NCBI GenBank assembly: GCA_026995935.1
Contig: JALWNK010000005.1
Location: 1,072 to 65,071 of the forward strand
Reading direction: 5' to 3'
From: Deltaproteobacteria bacterium
GTDB taxonomy: Bacteria; Desulfobacterota; Dissulfuribacteria; Dissulfuribacterales; QOAL01
Length of the DNA: 64,000 nt
In this document: in pieces, positions 9,558 through 18,497 of the stretch
Position numbering within the stretch: the first letter of the stretch is position 1
Layout of the letters: the number at the start of each line of letters is the position of its first letter
Program-made: the position numbers and the translations under genes
The notes under the pieces: generated by a model
The model's input: the letters and a program-made list of their open reading frames with translations, nothing else
Database searches by the model: none
What the model was told of the DNA's origin: nothing

Positions 9558-9973
9558 AGCCAGAATGGCAAACCTTTGACCACGTTGCAGACATAGGGAT
9601 AAGGGGCATTGGCAGAAGCCTTGAAGAGGCCTTTGAAAACGGGGCCAGGGCCCTTTTTTCAATCATGCTGGAAGATATTTTGGCCATTTCTTGCAAACAG
9701 AAACAGAGGCTTGAATGCTCCTCTTACGACCTCACCGGACTTTTTGTTGCATGGATAAATGCACTTATTGGTCTCTCTGACCTGAAGGGTATGGTCTTTT
9801 CCCGCTTTGATGTTGAGATAGAAGGTACACGTTTAAAGGCAATAGTCCAGGGAGAGAAATGGTCTGAAAAGATACACGGGCGGGGTATAGAGGTGAAAGG
9901 GGCGACTTTCACAGAAGCAAAGGTAGAGGAGAAAGAAGGCCTTTGGATAGCCCAATGCGTGGTTGATGTATGA
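9530..9973 (+). CDS. Archease
   Basis: Has FDHVADIGIRG near the N-terminus and a C-terminal KGATFTEAKV...W.AQCVVDV. An alternative start is ATG 9545. Confidence 0.85.
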   Translation: MGQEKMEELKPEWQTFDHVADIGIRGIGRSLEEAFENGARALFSIMLEDILAISCKQKQRLECSSYDLTGLFVAWINALIGLSDLKGMVFSRFDVEIEGTRLKAIVQGEKWSEKIHGRGIEVKGATFTEAKVEEKEGLWIAQCVVDV

Positions 9974-11418
9974 CGAGGAGGCAATCCATGGACACGAGCA
10001 GAGTCAATAAAGTGAATGATTATGTCTGGCAGATTCCCAAGTCAGGGGATATGAAGGTCCCTGCCTTTATCTTTGCAGACAGGGTACTTTTGTCAGAGAT
10101 GGATGACAAGGTCTTTGTCCAGCTTTCAAATGTGGCGTCACTGCCAGGCATAATCAAGGCCGCCATGGCCATGCCGGATGCCCACTGGGGTTACGGTTTC
10201 CCAATAGGAGGAGTGGCTGCCTTTGATCCTGATAGTGGCGGGGTCATCTCCGTTGGCGGCGTTGGCTATGACATCTCATGCGGTGTCAGATGCCACAGGC
10301 TAGGCCTTAAAAAATCAAAGATACTTCCCAAACTAGAGACCCTTATTGAAGAACTTTTTAGATACATACCTGCCGGAGTCGGCTCCACAGGCAAGATAAA
10401 GCTTACGGTTTCAAGACTTGACGATATCCTCAAGCACGGAGCCCACTGGGCGGTTGAAAAGGGATACGGCTTCCCAGAGGAACTGGAATACATAGAGGAT
10501 GGCGGACGTATAAGAGATGCAGATCCGGCCAAGGTTTCCACCATGGCCAAGGAGAGGCAAAAGAAACAGATAGGGACCCTTGGCTCTGGAAACCACTACC
10601 TTGAAATACAATATGTGCAAGAAATTTTCGACAGAGATGCGGCACGGGCCTTTTCCATTGAAGAAGACGATGTAGTTATATCCATACACTGCGGCTCAAG
10701 GGCCCTTGGCCACCAGATAGGAACCGACTATCTGCAAATACTTGGGGCCGCCTCCAGGAAGTACAACATCCCCATAAAGGAGAGGGAACTGGTGTGCGCA
10801 CCCATAAAATCTCCTGAGGGCATGGACTACTTCATGGCGGTGGGATGCGGCATAAACTGTGCTTTGGCAAACAGGCAGGTGCTTGGACACCTGACAAGAA
10901 CAGTGGTGCAGAGGATCATTCCTGAGGCCACTTGTGAGCTTATCTACGACGTAAGCCACAACACTTGCAAGGTTGAAAAGCACAAAGTAAGTGGTAAAAT
11001 GCACAAGCTCTTTGTGCACAGGAAAGGGGCAACCCGTGCCTTTGGCCCTGGGCACAAGGAGCTTCCCAAACTTTACAGGCAGGTTGGCCAGCCCCTCTTT
11101 GTAGGGGGCACCATGGGTACATCTTCATTCATTCTCGTTGGCACCCAAAAGGGAGAAGATCTTGCCTGGAGCAGTGCATGTCATGGAGCAGGAAGGTCCA
11201 TGAGCAGAAGGGCCGCCCTCAAGCGGTGGAAAGGAAAAGGTGTCATAAACGCCCTGAAACACCGCGGAATTATTTTAAAGGCAGCAAGCTTGAGGGGTGC
11301 TGCAGAAGAGGCGCCAGAGGCATACAAGGATGTTGAAAGGGTGGTAGAGGCAACCCATGGATCTGGCCTTGCCAGAAAAGTTGCAAGACTTAAGCCTCTG
11401 GCCGTAATAAAGGGGTAG
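9970..11418 (+). CDS. rtcB: RNA 3'-phosphate ligase RtcB
   Basis: 482 aa with GYDISCG, GSGNHYLEIQ, HCGSRALGH and SACHGAGR motifs. Confidence 0.92.
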   Translation: MTRRQSMDTSRVNKVNDYVWQIPKSGDMKVPAFIFADRVLLSEMDDKVFVQLSNVASLPGIIKAAMAMPDAHWGYGFPIGGVAAFDPDSGGVISVGGVGYDISCGVRCHRLGLKKSKILPKLETLIEELFRYIPAGVGSTGKIKLTVSRLDDILKHGAHWAVEKGYGFPEELEYIEDGGRIRDADPAKVSTMAKERQKKQIGTLGSGNHYLEIQYVQEIFDRDAARAFSIEEDDVVISIHCGSRALGHQIGTDYLQILGAASRKYNIPIKERELVCAPIKSPEGMDYFMAVGCGINCALANRQVLGHLTRTVVQRIIPEATCELIYDVSHNTCKVEKHKVSGKMHKLFVHRKGATRAFGPGHKELPKLYRQVGQPLFVGGTMGTSSFILVGTQKGEDLAWSSACHGAGRSMSRRAALKRWKGKGVINALKHRGIILKAASLRGAAEEAPEAYKDVERVVEATHGSGLARKVARLKPLAVIKG

Positions 11419-11423
11419 ATATC

Positions 11424-12560
11424 TTGACTGGGAAAAAGTGTAACGGACATCTGGCTTTACTTCTGTTCATGGTCTTTATGGTTGGAACACCACTAACGGT
11501 TCATGCGCAAGAACAGGCTGCAAACGCCACCAATTCAACGGAGAAAACTGGCAATCTGGCCATGGAGCCCCCCAGCCAGAACGAAACCGGGGCCAATGAA
11601 ACAGACAATGTATTTAAGATCCTGCCAGACAACACCTTCAAATGGTCTGAACACAGGGAAATCCTCCCATACAATTACGCACAGGTAACCACTCAGCCTG
11701 CACCGGTATACAAGGCCCCATGGAATGATCTTTCCGGGAAAAAACCGAAAAGGACTCTTGACGGGGGCTTCATATGGGTTTCCCTTGAGAGCCCCATTCC
11801 AATAAATTCTGGCAATTTTACATGGTACCACATCAACAGGAGGGAATTTCTGGAGCAGGCCTATCTCTCCTTTTTCCAGGTATCAACCTTTAAGGGTATA
11901 AACTTCAGGGAGCAACCCCTTGAGGGCACCTATGGATGGCTCGTGCTCGACACCTATACCTCTTCTACGCCTGGAAAGCAGGAATACATTGATGGAGAGC
12001 TCATAGAAAAACACACCCTGGTCAAGATACTGGAAACCAGGATGGTAAATGGACAAAAGTGGCTCAGGCTTGCCGCCAACAAGTGGATTGACGGCAGGAG
12101 GGTTGCCCTTATCACCAGGCCTTCCAGACCTCCTAAAATACCCGAAATGGCCAAATGGATAGATGTCAACCTTTACGAACAGGTGCTTGAGGCATTCCAG
12201 GGAGACAAACTTGTTTATGCAACGCTCATTTCGTCTGGCCTGCCGGAGTTTGAGACGCCCACCGGCATTTTCCGGATATGGGGCAAGGTCAGAATGGCAA
12301 AGATGAGTGGGGGAGAAAAGGGCGTTGACTACTACTTCTTGGAAGACGTACCCTTTCACATGTATTTCTCAGCAGGAATAGCCCTTCATGGGGCCTACTG
12401 GCACGATAATTTTGGGATGAAGCAGTCACATGGTTGCGTAAACCTTGCACCACGAGATGCCTACTGGCTTTTTAATTGGACGCTCCCTGTTGCGCCACCG
12501 GGAAAATTCGTAAAGACAAGCAGGGCTAATCCAGGGACCTTTGTTTATGTCCACTACTAG
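11424..12560 (+). CDS. L,D-transpeptidase (YkuD domain), secreted
   Basis: Has a signal peptide and the C-terminal catalytic motif HGAYWHDNFGMKQSHGCVNL. The start is a TTG with AAGGGG upstream. Confidence 0.8.
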   Translation: MTGKKCNGHLALLLFMVFMVGTPLTVHAQEQAANATNSTEKTGNLAMEPPSQNETGANETDNVFKILPDNTFKWSEHREILPYNYAQVTTQPAPVYKAPWNDLSGKKPKRTLDGGFIWVSLESPIPINSGNFTWYHINRREFLEQAYLSFFQVSTFKGINFREQPLEGTYGWLVLDTYTSSTPGKQEYIDGELIEKHTLVKILETRMVNGQKWLRLAANKWIDGRRVALITRPSRPPKIPEMAKWIDVNLYEQVLEAFQGDKLVYATLISSGLPEFETPTGIFRIWGKVRMAKMSGGEKGVDYYFLEDVPFHMYFSAGIALHGAYWHDNFGMKQSHGCVNLAPRDAYWLFNWTLPVAPPGKFVKTSRANPGTFVYVHY

Positions 12561-13287
12561 CAGTGCTCATTAAAGAGGCCGGCCCTTTTGGTTTCTCCTT
12601 AGAAACCCCACTCAATATTATAACGGGTGTGCCCACGCTTGTTACCTCGAACAATTCCTGCACATCGGCATTTCTGAGGGCAATACAACCTCTGGTCCAG
12701 TCCCAACCGATACCTCCTCCATGGATGCAAACTGCCCCGCCAAGCTTGGTAAACCATGGGGGTCTCTTACCGTGGTCAATGGCATAAACAATTGCCTCAT
12801 ATTGTCTTTTGGTAATGAAACCCATCCTGAGCCCCCTTAAGGCATCCTGCTTTGAGGGGTAACTGATGCCTAGGGCCTTGTAGTACTTGCTCCTCGGATT
12901 CTTTGTACAAATGAAATACCGTCCCTCTGGTGTCCTCCCGTCCCCTGCCTTGATTTTGTCGTTCAAAGGGTCGGGGCCAAGGTTGATGGGATAAATTCTC
13001 ATGAGGGTATCACCTGAAAAAAGATAAAGTATGCGGCGTTTCTTATTGACCACGATCTTTGCATCCTTGAGGGGTTTTGGCAGGGGCTGATAGAGGTATT
13101 TGAGATTGTTCCGCCAACCACAGTTACTGTAACTTTGGGACAGGTCAAAAAGGGGAATGTCTTTCAGGGAATATCTTGGAAGGTTCCTTTCCTTGTCGCC
13201 ACACCCGGAAAACGTCAGAGCAAAGGCAAAAAGCAGTACCGTTATGACTGCCCTGCAGCCAACCATTCGAACCATGATTCGAACCAT
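12526..13287 (-). CDS. L,D-transpeptidase (YkuD domain) lipoprotein
   Basis: Has a lipobox-like LTFSGC and the catalytic motif IHGGG...TRGCIALRN. Its 3' end overlaps the convergent ldt gene by 35 nt. Confidence 0.8.
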   Translation of the reverse strand: MVRIMVRMVGCRAVITVLLFAFALTFSGCGDKERNLPRYSLKDIPLFDLSQSYSNCGWRNNLKYLYQPLPKPLKDAKIVVNKKRRILYLFSGDTLMRIYPINLGPDPLNDKIKAGDGRTPEGRYFICTKNPRSKYYKALGISYPSKQDALRGLRMGFITKRQYEAIVYAIDHGKRPPWFTKLGGAVCIHGGGIGWDWTRGCIALRNADVQELFEVTSVGTPVIILSGVSKEKPKGPASLMSTASSGHKQRSLD

Positions 13288-13603
13288 GATCTCCCCTCCC
13301 TGCCAAGTTGCAGTTGGTTAAAGGCTATACGATTTTTTGTTAAAAGACAAGTAGTTAGATAAAAATTATTTCCCTTTGGAAAAAGGATCAAACAAAATAT
13401 AAAACTGAGATTGACTTTATTGACAATAACATTGGCTTTTCATTAGAAAAGCGGATGAAGACTGATTCATTTCCTATCTACTTGTTAATGCTTCTCGCAC
13501 TGGCAGTCCATGCGAACTGCACAAAGAACTTGCACATGCTACCACAGCGTTGTAGCGTTATAATTCTGAATCAAAAAATACATAGTTAGGAATGGAGGCT
13601 TTC

Positions 13604-14443
13604 ATGGGTCAAATCAACTGGAAATTTATTAATATCACACTGGTGTCAATTCTGTCTGCCATTTTTGTCTTTCAGCCAATGGCAGCACGGTGTGGTAGCG
13701 AAATGAACCTTGTCATAGACAACATGCCACGGGTCTTTGGACTTGGCCTGGGATTTGCTCCGGATTACGAAGGATCAGACGACTACATGTTCGGTGTTGC
13801 CCCCTTTGCAAGGTTTCAGTTCGAGGGCCATCAGCAGTATCTGCTCATCAAGGGCTACGAGCTCCAGATAAATCTGATGGATCACGACTGGTTCCGCCTT
13901 GGGCCTTCTGTAAATTACCACTTTGGCAGAGACCATGACGTAGATGACTCTGTTGTCAAAAAAATGAAAAAGATAGATGATACCGTAGAAGCAGGCGGAT
14001 TCATTGGCGTTGAGTTCATTGACAAGCAAAATCCCCGTAAGCGGTTCCTGGCAGACGTAGACTTCCTGACAGACGTGGGAAACGAACACGATGGCTACAC
14101 CATCACCGCCAGCACCAGATTCTGGTATCCGCTGTCCCAGATGTTTGATTTCGGCTTTGGTGTTGGCCTTTGTTATGCAAGTGACAACTACATGTCCACC
14201 TACTTTGGGGTAAGCAAGAGTGATTCTGCTAAGACTGGCCTTCCGGTCTTTGATGCAGACAGTGGAGTCAAGGACATAAGGGTAAACCCGGTCTTTGTCA
14301 TGCATCTCAACATGAACTGGCACCTGGCAGCAGGCGTCCAATACCGGCGCCTTGTAAGCGATGCCGATGACAGCCCTGTAGTGGACAAAAGGGGTTCATC
14401 TAACCAGTGGATAGGCGGGCTTGGACTTGCCTACAGCTGGTAA
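13604..14443 (+). CDS. MipA/OmpV-family outer-membrane protein
   Basis: Has a signal peptide, an alternating beta-strand pattern and a C-terminal GLGLAYSW. GGAGG lies 5 nt upstream of ATG 13604. Confidence 0.7.
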   Translation: MGQINWKFINITLVSILSAIFVFQPMAARCGSEMNLVIDNMPRVFGLGLGFAPDYEGSDDYMFGVAPFARFQFEGHQQYLLIKGYELQINLMDHDWFRLGPSVNYHFGRDHDVDDSVVKKMKKIDDTVEAGGFIGVEFIDKQNPRKRFLADVDFLTDVGNEHDGYTITASTRFWYPLSQMFDFGFGVGLCYASDNYMSTYFGVSKSDSAKTGLPVFDADSGVKDIRVNPVFVMHLNMNWHLAAGVQYRRLVSDADDSPVVDKRGSSNQWIGGLGLAYSW

Positions 14444-14480
14444 ATTCATGAGAAGACAAATCTAGTCTTTGGAGGTGAAA

Positions 14481-15077
14481 ATGAAGCTCAGTAAAAGAAA
14501 TGAAATCAAAACCCTGCTGATTGGCCTTTGCAGTTTCTTTCTTCTTCTTGCAAGTTCGGGCAAGGTCATTGCTGCAACGGCCCAGGAGATAGACAAGGAG
14601 GTGGATAAGGCCCTTCAAGAACTCTTTGAGAAGTCACCAGAGGCGCGCCAGCTTGCCAAGATGGCAAAGGGCATACTGGTATTTCCAAAGATATACAAGG
14701 CAGGCTTTATCGTTGGGGGACAGTATGGCGAAGGGGCACTCCGGGTCAAGGGACACACAATTGCCTATTTTAAGAGTGTTGGCGCCTCCTATGGCCTCCA
14801 GGCTGGGGTGCAAAAATTTGGTTATGCGCTGTTCTTCATGACAGATAACGCCCTGAAATACATACTTAACAGTAATGGCTGGGAGATAGGCGTGGGGCCA
14901 AGCATAGTGGTAGTGGATGCAGGTACAGCCAAGAATTTAACAACCACCACTGCCAAAAAGGATATCTATGCCTTTATCTTCAGCCAAAAGGGCCTTATGG
15001 CCGGCCTTGGACTCCAGGGAACAAAGATAACCCCCTTTCACCCGGAAGGAACCCAAAAGCCGGAAGAACACAAGTAG
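14481..15077 (+). CDS. SYLF (Ysc84-like/DUF500) lipid-binding domain protein, secreted
   Basis: Has a signal peptide and GASYGLQAGVQ...GWEIGVGPS motifs. GGAGG lies 5 nt upstream of ATG 14481. Confidence 0.65.
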   Translation: MKLSKRNEIKTLLIGLCSFFLLLASSGKVIAATAQEIDKEVDKALQELFEKSPEARQLAKMAKGILVFPKIYKAGFIVGGQYGEGALRVKGHTIAYFKSVGASYGLQAGVQKFGYALFFMTDNALKYILNSNGWEIGVGPSIVVVDAGTAKNLTTTTAKKDIYAFIFSQKGLMAGLGLQGTKITPFHPEGTQKPEEHK

Positions 15078-15124
15078 ACCGTAAAAGCTATCAGCTTGTA
15101 AAACATAGTAAGCCAAATACTCAA

Positions 15125-15159
15125 GCCCTCTGCATACCATTGGTGCAGGGGGCTTTTTT
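15125..15159 (+). terminator. Rho-independent terminator
   Basis: A 10-bp stem GCCCTCTGCA/TGCAGGGGGC (one G-U pair) is followed by a T6 run. Confidence 0.7.
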
Positions 15160-15183
15160 ATGATATTTTCCCTTAGGTACATC

Positions 15184-17283
15184 ATGTCCCAAAAAGGCAG
15201 ATCTTTACCTAAAAAACAAACCAAACCGGAGCTCCTTGCCCCGGCAGGAACCATTGAGGCATTCCTTGCTGCCCTTGAGGCAGGCGCAGACGCCATCTAC
15301 ATAAGTCCAAAGATACTAAATGCCAGGGCCTATGGAAAAAACTTTACAGTAAACCAGATTGCTGACCTTACGGTTACCGCCCATAAAAAGGGGGTAAAGG
15401 TCCTGGTAGCCCTGAACTCCCTTATGAAGGAGGATGAGATCCCTGCCTGCATGGGTCTTCTTTCGCAGCTAGATGCCATAGGGGTGGATGCTCTCATAAT
15501 CCAGGACCTTGGCATACTGAATCTAGCCAAGAAACATTTTCCATCCCTCAAACTCCATGCGAGCACACTTATGACCATACACAATAGCCTTGGGGTGGAG
15601 ACGTGCAGAAGGCTTGGATTTTCTAGGGTGGTACTTGCCCGTGAGCTAACCCTTTCTGAAATCAAACATATTGCCAGAAACAGCAGGGTTGAAACAGAGG
15701 TCTTCGTTCACGGGGCCATGTGCTTTTCCGTATCCGGACTTTGCAGGTTCAGCAGCTTTTTTGGCGGAAAATCGAGCACCAGGGGAAAATGCGTACAACC
15801 ATGCAGGAGAATGTATAAATGGCAAGGCGCAAATGGTACTTTCTTTTCAATGGATGATCTTTGCGGACTGGAATTTGTTCCAGAGCTTTCAAGTGCAGGT
15901 GTTACTTCCCTTAAGATAGAGGGGCGTCTGAAACCCGCCACTTATGTTTACCAGGTGGTGAGGGCATACAGACTGGTACTTGACTCTGAGAGCAAAAGAC
16001 TCCAGGAGAACATGGAACGTGCCACGGACATGGTAAAAGAGGCCATGGGACGGCCCATTTCCAGGGGCTTTTTCATGAGCCAAAACCCAAGGGACCTCAT
16101 CTCCCCCACAAGAACGGCCAATACAGGCATCTTTCTTGGAAAGGTCTCCTCAGTCAAGGATGGTTGGCTCAGACTGTCTGCGTCAAAGACACCCTCTCCA
16201 GGAGACAGGCTGCGTATTGTCTTAAAAGAAAGTGACAGGCAGTTTACCGCCCTGGTTAAGGAGGTTTCAGATGATGGGAGTTTCACTCTGGGTAAGAAGG
16301 CAGGGTTTTCAGAAGGCGATAAAGATTTTCCCATAAATTGCGCCCTTGTCTTTAAAACAGACAGCGCCAAGACAGGCGAGAAACCATGGTCCTGTATTAG
16401 GCTAGAAAAATTTAAGGACAAGGCCCTTATCAAAGAGGCTGGGAAACTTGGAAAGGAGCTTTCCAGAAAGGTGACAGGAAACAGGACAATTGAAAAACAA
16501 AGGGGGGTTGAACCTGAGATTTTCCTGTTTCTAAACCACCTAAGGGAGGCAAGGGCCCTTTTAAAACAAAGGTATGTGAAGGGTTTTATTCTTCCCCTTA
16601 CCCAGAAAAACCTTGGAGCGGCAAAAAGGCTTGGTTTTTCAGACCCCCTTCGTAAAAGACTTGTCTGGCACCTTCCTGTCCTGGGGTGGGAACGGGATTT
16701 GCCAAGGATTAAAAGGCTTGTAAGGGAGGCAAGAAACCTTGGCTTTTCATGGTTTCAGGTTTCAAATCTTTGGCATCTGGCCCTTCCGTTAAAAGGGGCA
16801 AGGCTTTCATCTTCCTACGAACTTAACGTCTTAAATTCAAGGGCATTGGCCCATTTGAAAAAATTGGGAATCTCTTTAGTACAGTTTGACATAGAAACCG
16901 ATATTGAAAACCTGAAAAAGGCCCTAAGTGCGAAACCGGGTGGAAACACCAAGGCTGCCCTTACGATTTACGGATTCATCCCCCTTTTTACCACAAGACT
17001 TCGCCACAGAACCTATTCGTCCAAGGAAGGCGTAAAAAGCAGGCGGGGCGAGTCTTTCTACTGGAGGGCAGAAAGGGACCGGGGGTATCTCTATCCCCAG
17101 GTGCCGGTGTCATTTCTTGATCTTGGCCCGAGGCTCCTTGAAGCCGGAGTAGATACGTGGGTCGTGGATCTAAGGTATTTCCCTGGAAAGAAAAGAAAAA
17201 ACCTCAGACTTCCCTCATCGTGGAAGGGACTTAAGGCCAGGTTCAGGGGCAGAAGCTTCAACATGAGGGCCAGGCTCGAGTAG
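15184..17283 (+). CDS. Peptidase-U32-family protein (long form, four-Cys motif)
   Basis: N-terminal PELLAPAG...AGADAIY and EVFVHGAMC are U32 hallmarks. A Cx6Cx15Cx3C cluster is present (CFSVSGLCRFSSFFGGKSSTRGKCVQPC). ATG 15184 lies beyond the upstream terminator. Confidence 0.8.
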   Translation: MSQKGRSLPKKQTKPELLAPAGTIEAFLAALEAGADAIYISPKILNARAYGKNFTVNQIADLTVTAHKKGVKVLVALNSLMKEDEIPACMGLLSQLDAIGVDALIIQDLGILNLAKKHFPSLKLHASTLMTIHNSLGVETCRRLGFSRVVLARELTLSEIKHIARNSRVETEVFVHGAMCFSVSGLCRFSSFFGGKSSTRGKCVQPCRRMYKWQGANGTFFSMDDLCGLEFVPELSSAGVTSLKIEGRLKPATYVYQVVRAYRLVLDSESKRLQENMERATDMVKEAMGRPISRGFFMSQNPRDLISPTRTANTGIFLGKVSSVKDGWLRLSASKTPSPGDRLRIVLKESDRQFTALVKEVSDDGSFTLGKKAGFSEGDKDFPINCALVFKTDSAKTGEKPWSCIRLEKFKDKALIKEAGKLGKELSRKVTGNRTIEKQRGVEPEIFLFLNHLREARALLKQRYVKGFILPLTQKNLGAAKRLGFSDPLRKRLVWHLPVLGWERDLPRIKRLVREARNLGFSWFQVSNLWHLALPLKGARLSSSYELNVLNSRALAHLKKLGISLVQFDIETDIENLKKALSAKPGGNTKAALTIYGFIPLFTTRLRHRTYSSKEGVKSRRGESFYWRAERDRGYLYPQVPVSFLDLGPRLLEAGVDTWVVDLRYFPGKKRKNLRLPSSWKGLKARFRGRSFNMRARLE

Positions 17284-17288
17284 GCCCG

Positions 17289-18497
17289 TTAAAGCTCCTC
17301 GAAAAGCCTCAATATGTATCTTGGTTCAAACTCAAGTGCCTTTACGGCCGGATAGATTCCCGCGCCCATCCCGGTCAGGGCAGAAAGAATTACCGAGACG
17401 GCTATGGTTTTAACGGGTATGAAAAAGGGCCACTGTGCCAAAATCTGCACCAAAAGCCCCACCACCACTGAAAAGACTACGCCCAGGAACGAACCTGCCA
17501 GGCTCAAAAACATGGATTCTGCAAGAAACTGCAAGAAAATGTCCCTCTTTCTTGCTCCCGCTACCCTCTTTACTGCAATCTCAAGGAGCCTTTCGTAAAT
17601 GGAAAGCGCCATTACGGCCAGTATCCCAAGGGTTCCAACGCAAAAGGCCACAAAGGCAACTATTCTGCTTAAAACGGAAAAAAGACGCATGGTTTTAGAG
17701 GCTGTGCCCTCTACCTCCTGATAGGTATTAAGGGTGAAATCCCTCTTTCCGTGCCGTCTTGTTAATAACTCCTCAATGTCATTAATGGCAGCCTTTAGCA
17801 CGCCCCTTGATCGGACCTGGATCACAGCACCGTCAAGAAAATCCACGTTTTCAAGCACTGACATCTCTGTGGTAAGGGGAACAAAGAGTGTTTCATCAAA
17901 ATCCTCGTTACTGAAGCTTCCCCTCTTCTCAAGCACCCCCACCACCCTAAAGGGTGTCTCTCCAAGGATAAGTGTCTTACCTATTGCAGCCCTTGGGCTA
18001 GCAAAAAAACTTGTGGCCGTCTTAGCCCCAAGGACCACCTTCTTTGCCTTTGCCCTCATGTCCCTTTGCAGAAAAAGACCGCCGCTTGCAACTTTGTAGT
18101 CAAGGAGCTTGAAATAGGAGGGCTCAACGCCAGTAACCGCGAGATTTGACTCGTTGAGCCTGTTCCTTACAGAAAGGGACTTCCTTTTGATGCCGCTTGC
18201 CGCTGCCACAAAGGGAATCATGGTCCTTATCCTGTCCACATCCTCTTTGCTGAGGGTGGTGTATCTTGAAAACTGAATCCTCCTCTGCCCGATTGCCCTA
18301 ACCTCCCCTGGAACCACCATGACAAGGAGTGAGCCCAGACGCCCCAGCTCCCTCTCCATCTTCTTTTTCATTGCACCGCTTATGGTATCCATGAGCACAA
18401 GGGAAGTTGCGCCCATGGCTATTCCCAAAAGGGCAATGAGGGTGCGCCGCCTGTCCACCCTGAGATAGGCAACAAGCTCTCTAATGGAAAGGATCAC
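17289..18497 (-). CDS. ABC transporter permease, MacB/FtsX type
   Basis: 402 aa with an N-terminal TM, a large periplasmic domain and a C-terminal FtsX 3-TM bundle (RKRDIFLQFLAES). Confidence 0.8.
   Translation of the reverse strand: MILSIRELVAYLRVDRRRTLIALLGIAMGATSLVLMDTISGAMKKKMERELGRLGSLLVMVVPGEVRAIGQRRIQFSRYTTLSKEDVDRIRTMIPFVAAASGIKRKSLSVRNRLNESNLAVTGVEPSYFKLLDYKVASGGLFLQRDMRAKAKKVVLGAKTATSFFASPRAAIGKTLILGETPFRVVGVLEKRGSFSNEDFDETLFVPLTTEMSVLENVDFLDGAVIQVRSRGVLKAAINDIEELLTRRHGKRDFTLNTYQEVEGTASKTMRLFSVLSRIVAFVAFCVGTLGILAVMALSIYERLLEIAVKRVAGARKRDIFLQFLAESMFLSLAGSFLGVVFSVVVGLLVQILAQWPFFIPVKTIAVSVILSALTGMGAGIYPAVKALEFEPRYILRLFEEL

Noticed and set aside
8823-9662. 279-aa minus-strand ORF across the hydrolase, half-PnuC and archease genes
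   Set aside because: It has no recognisable motifs and overlaps three co-directional plus-strand genes that show clear family signatures.
12526-12560. 35-nt 3'-end overlap of the two convergent L,D-transpeptidase genes
   Set aside because: Convergent overlaps of this size are common in compact genomes. There is no hairpin or other signal suggesting a regulatory role.
13500-13540. Sigma-54-like TGGCAG...GC and CTGCAC...TTGCA strings upstream of mipA
   Set aside because: The spacing between the GG and GC elements is wrong (GC falls at positions 12-13 instead of 14-15), or the -24 GG is missing. These are not credible -24/-12 promoters.
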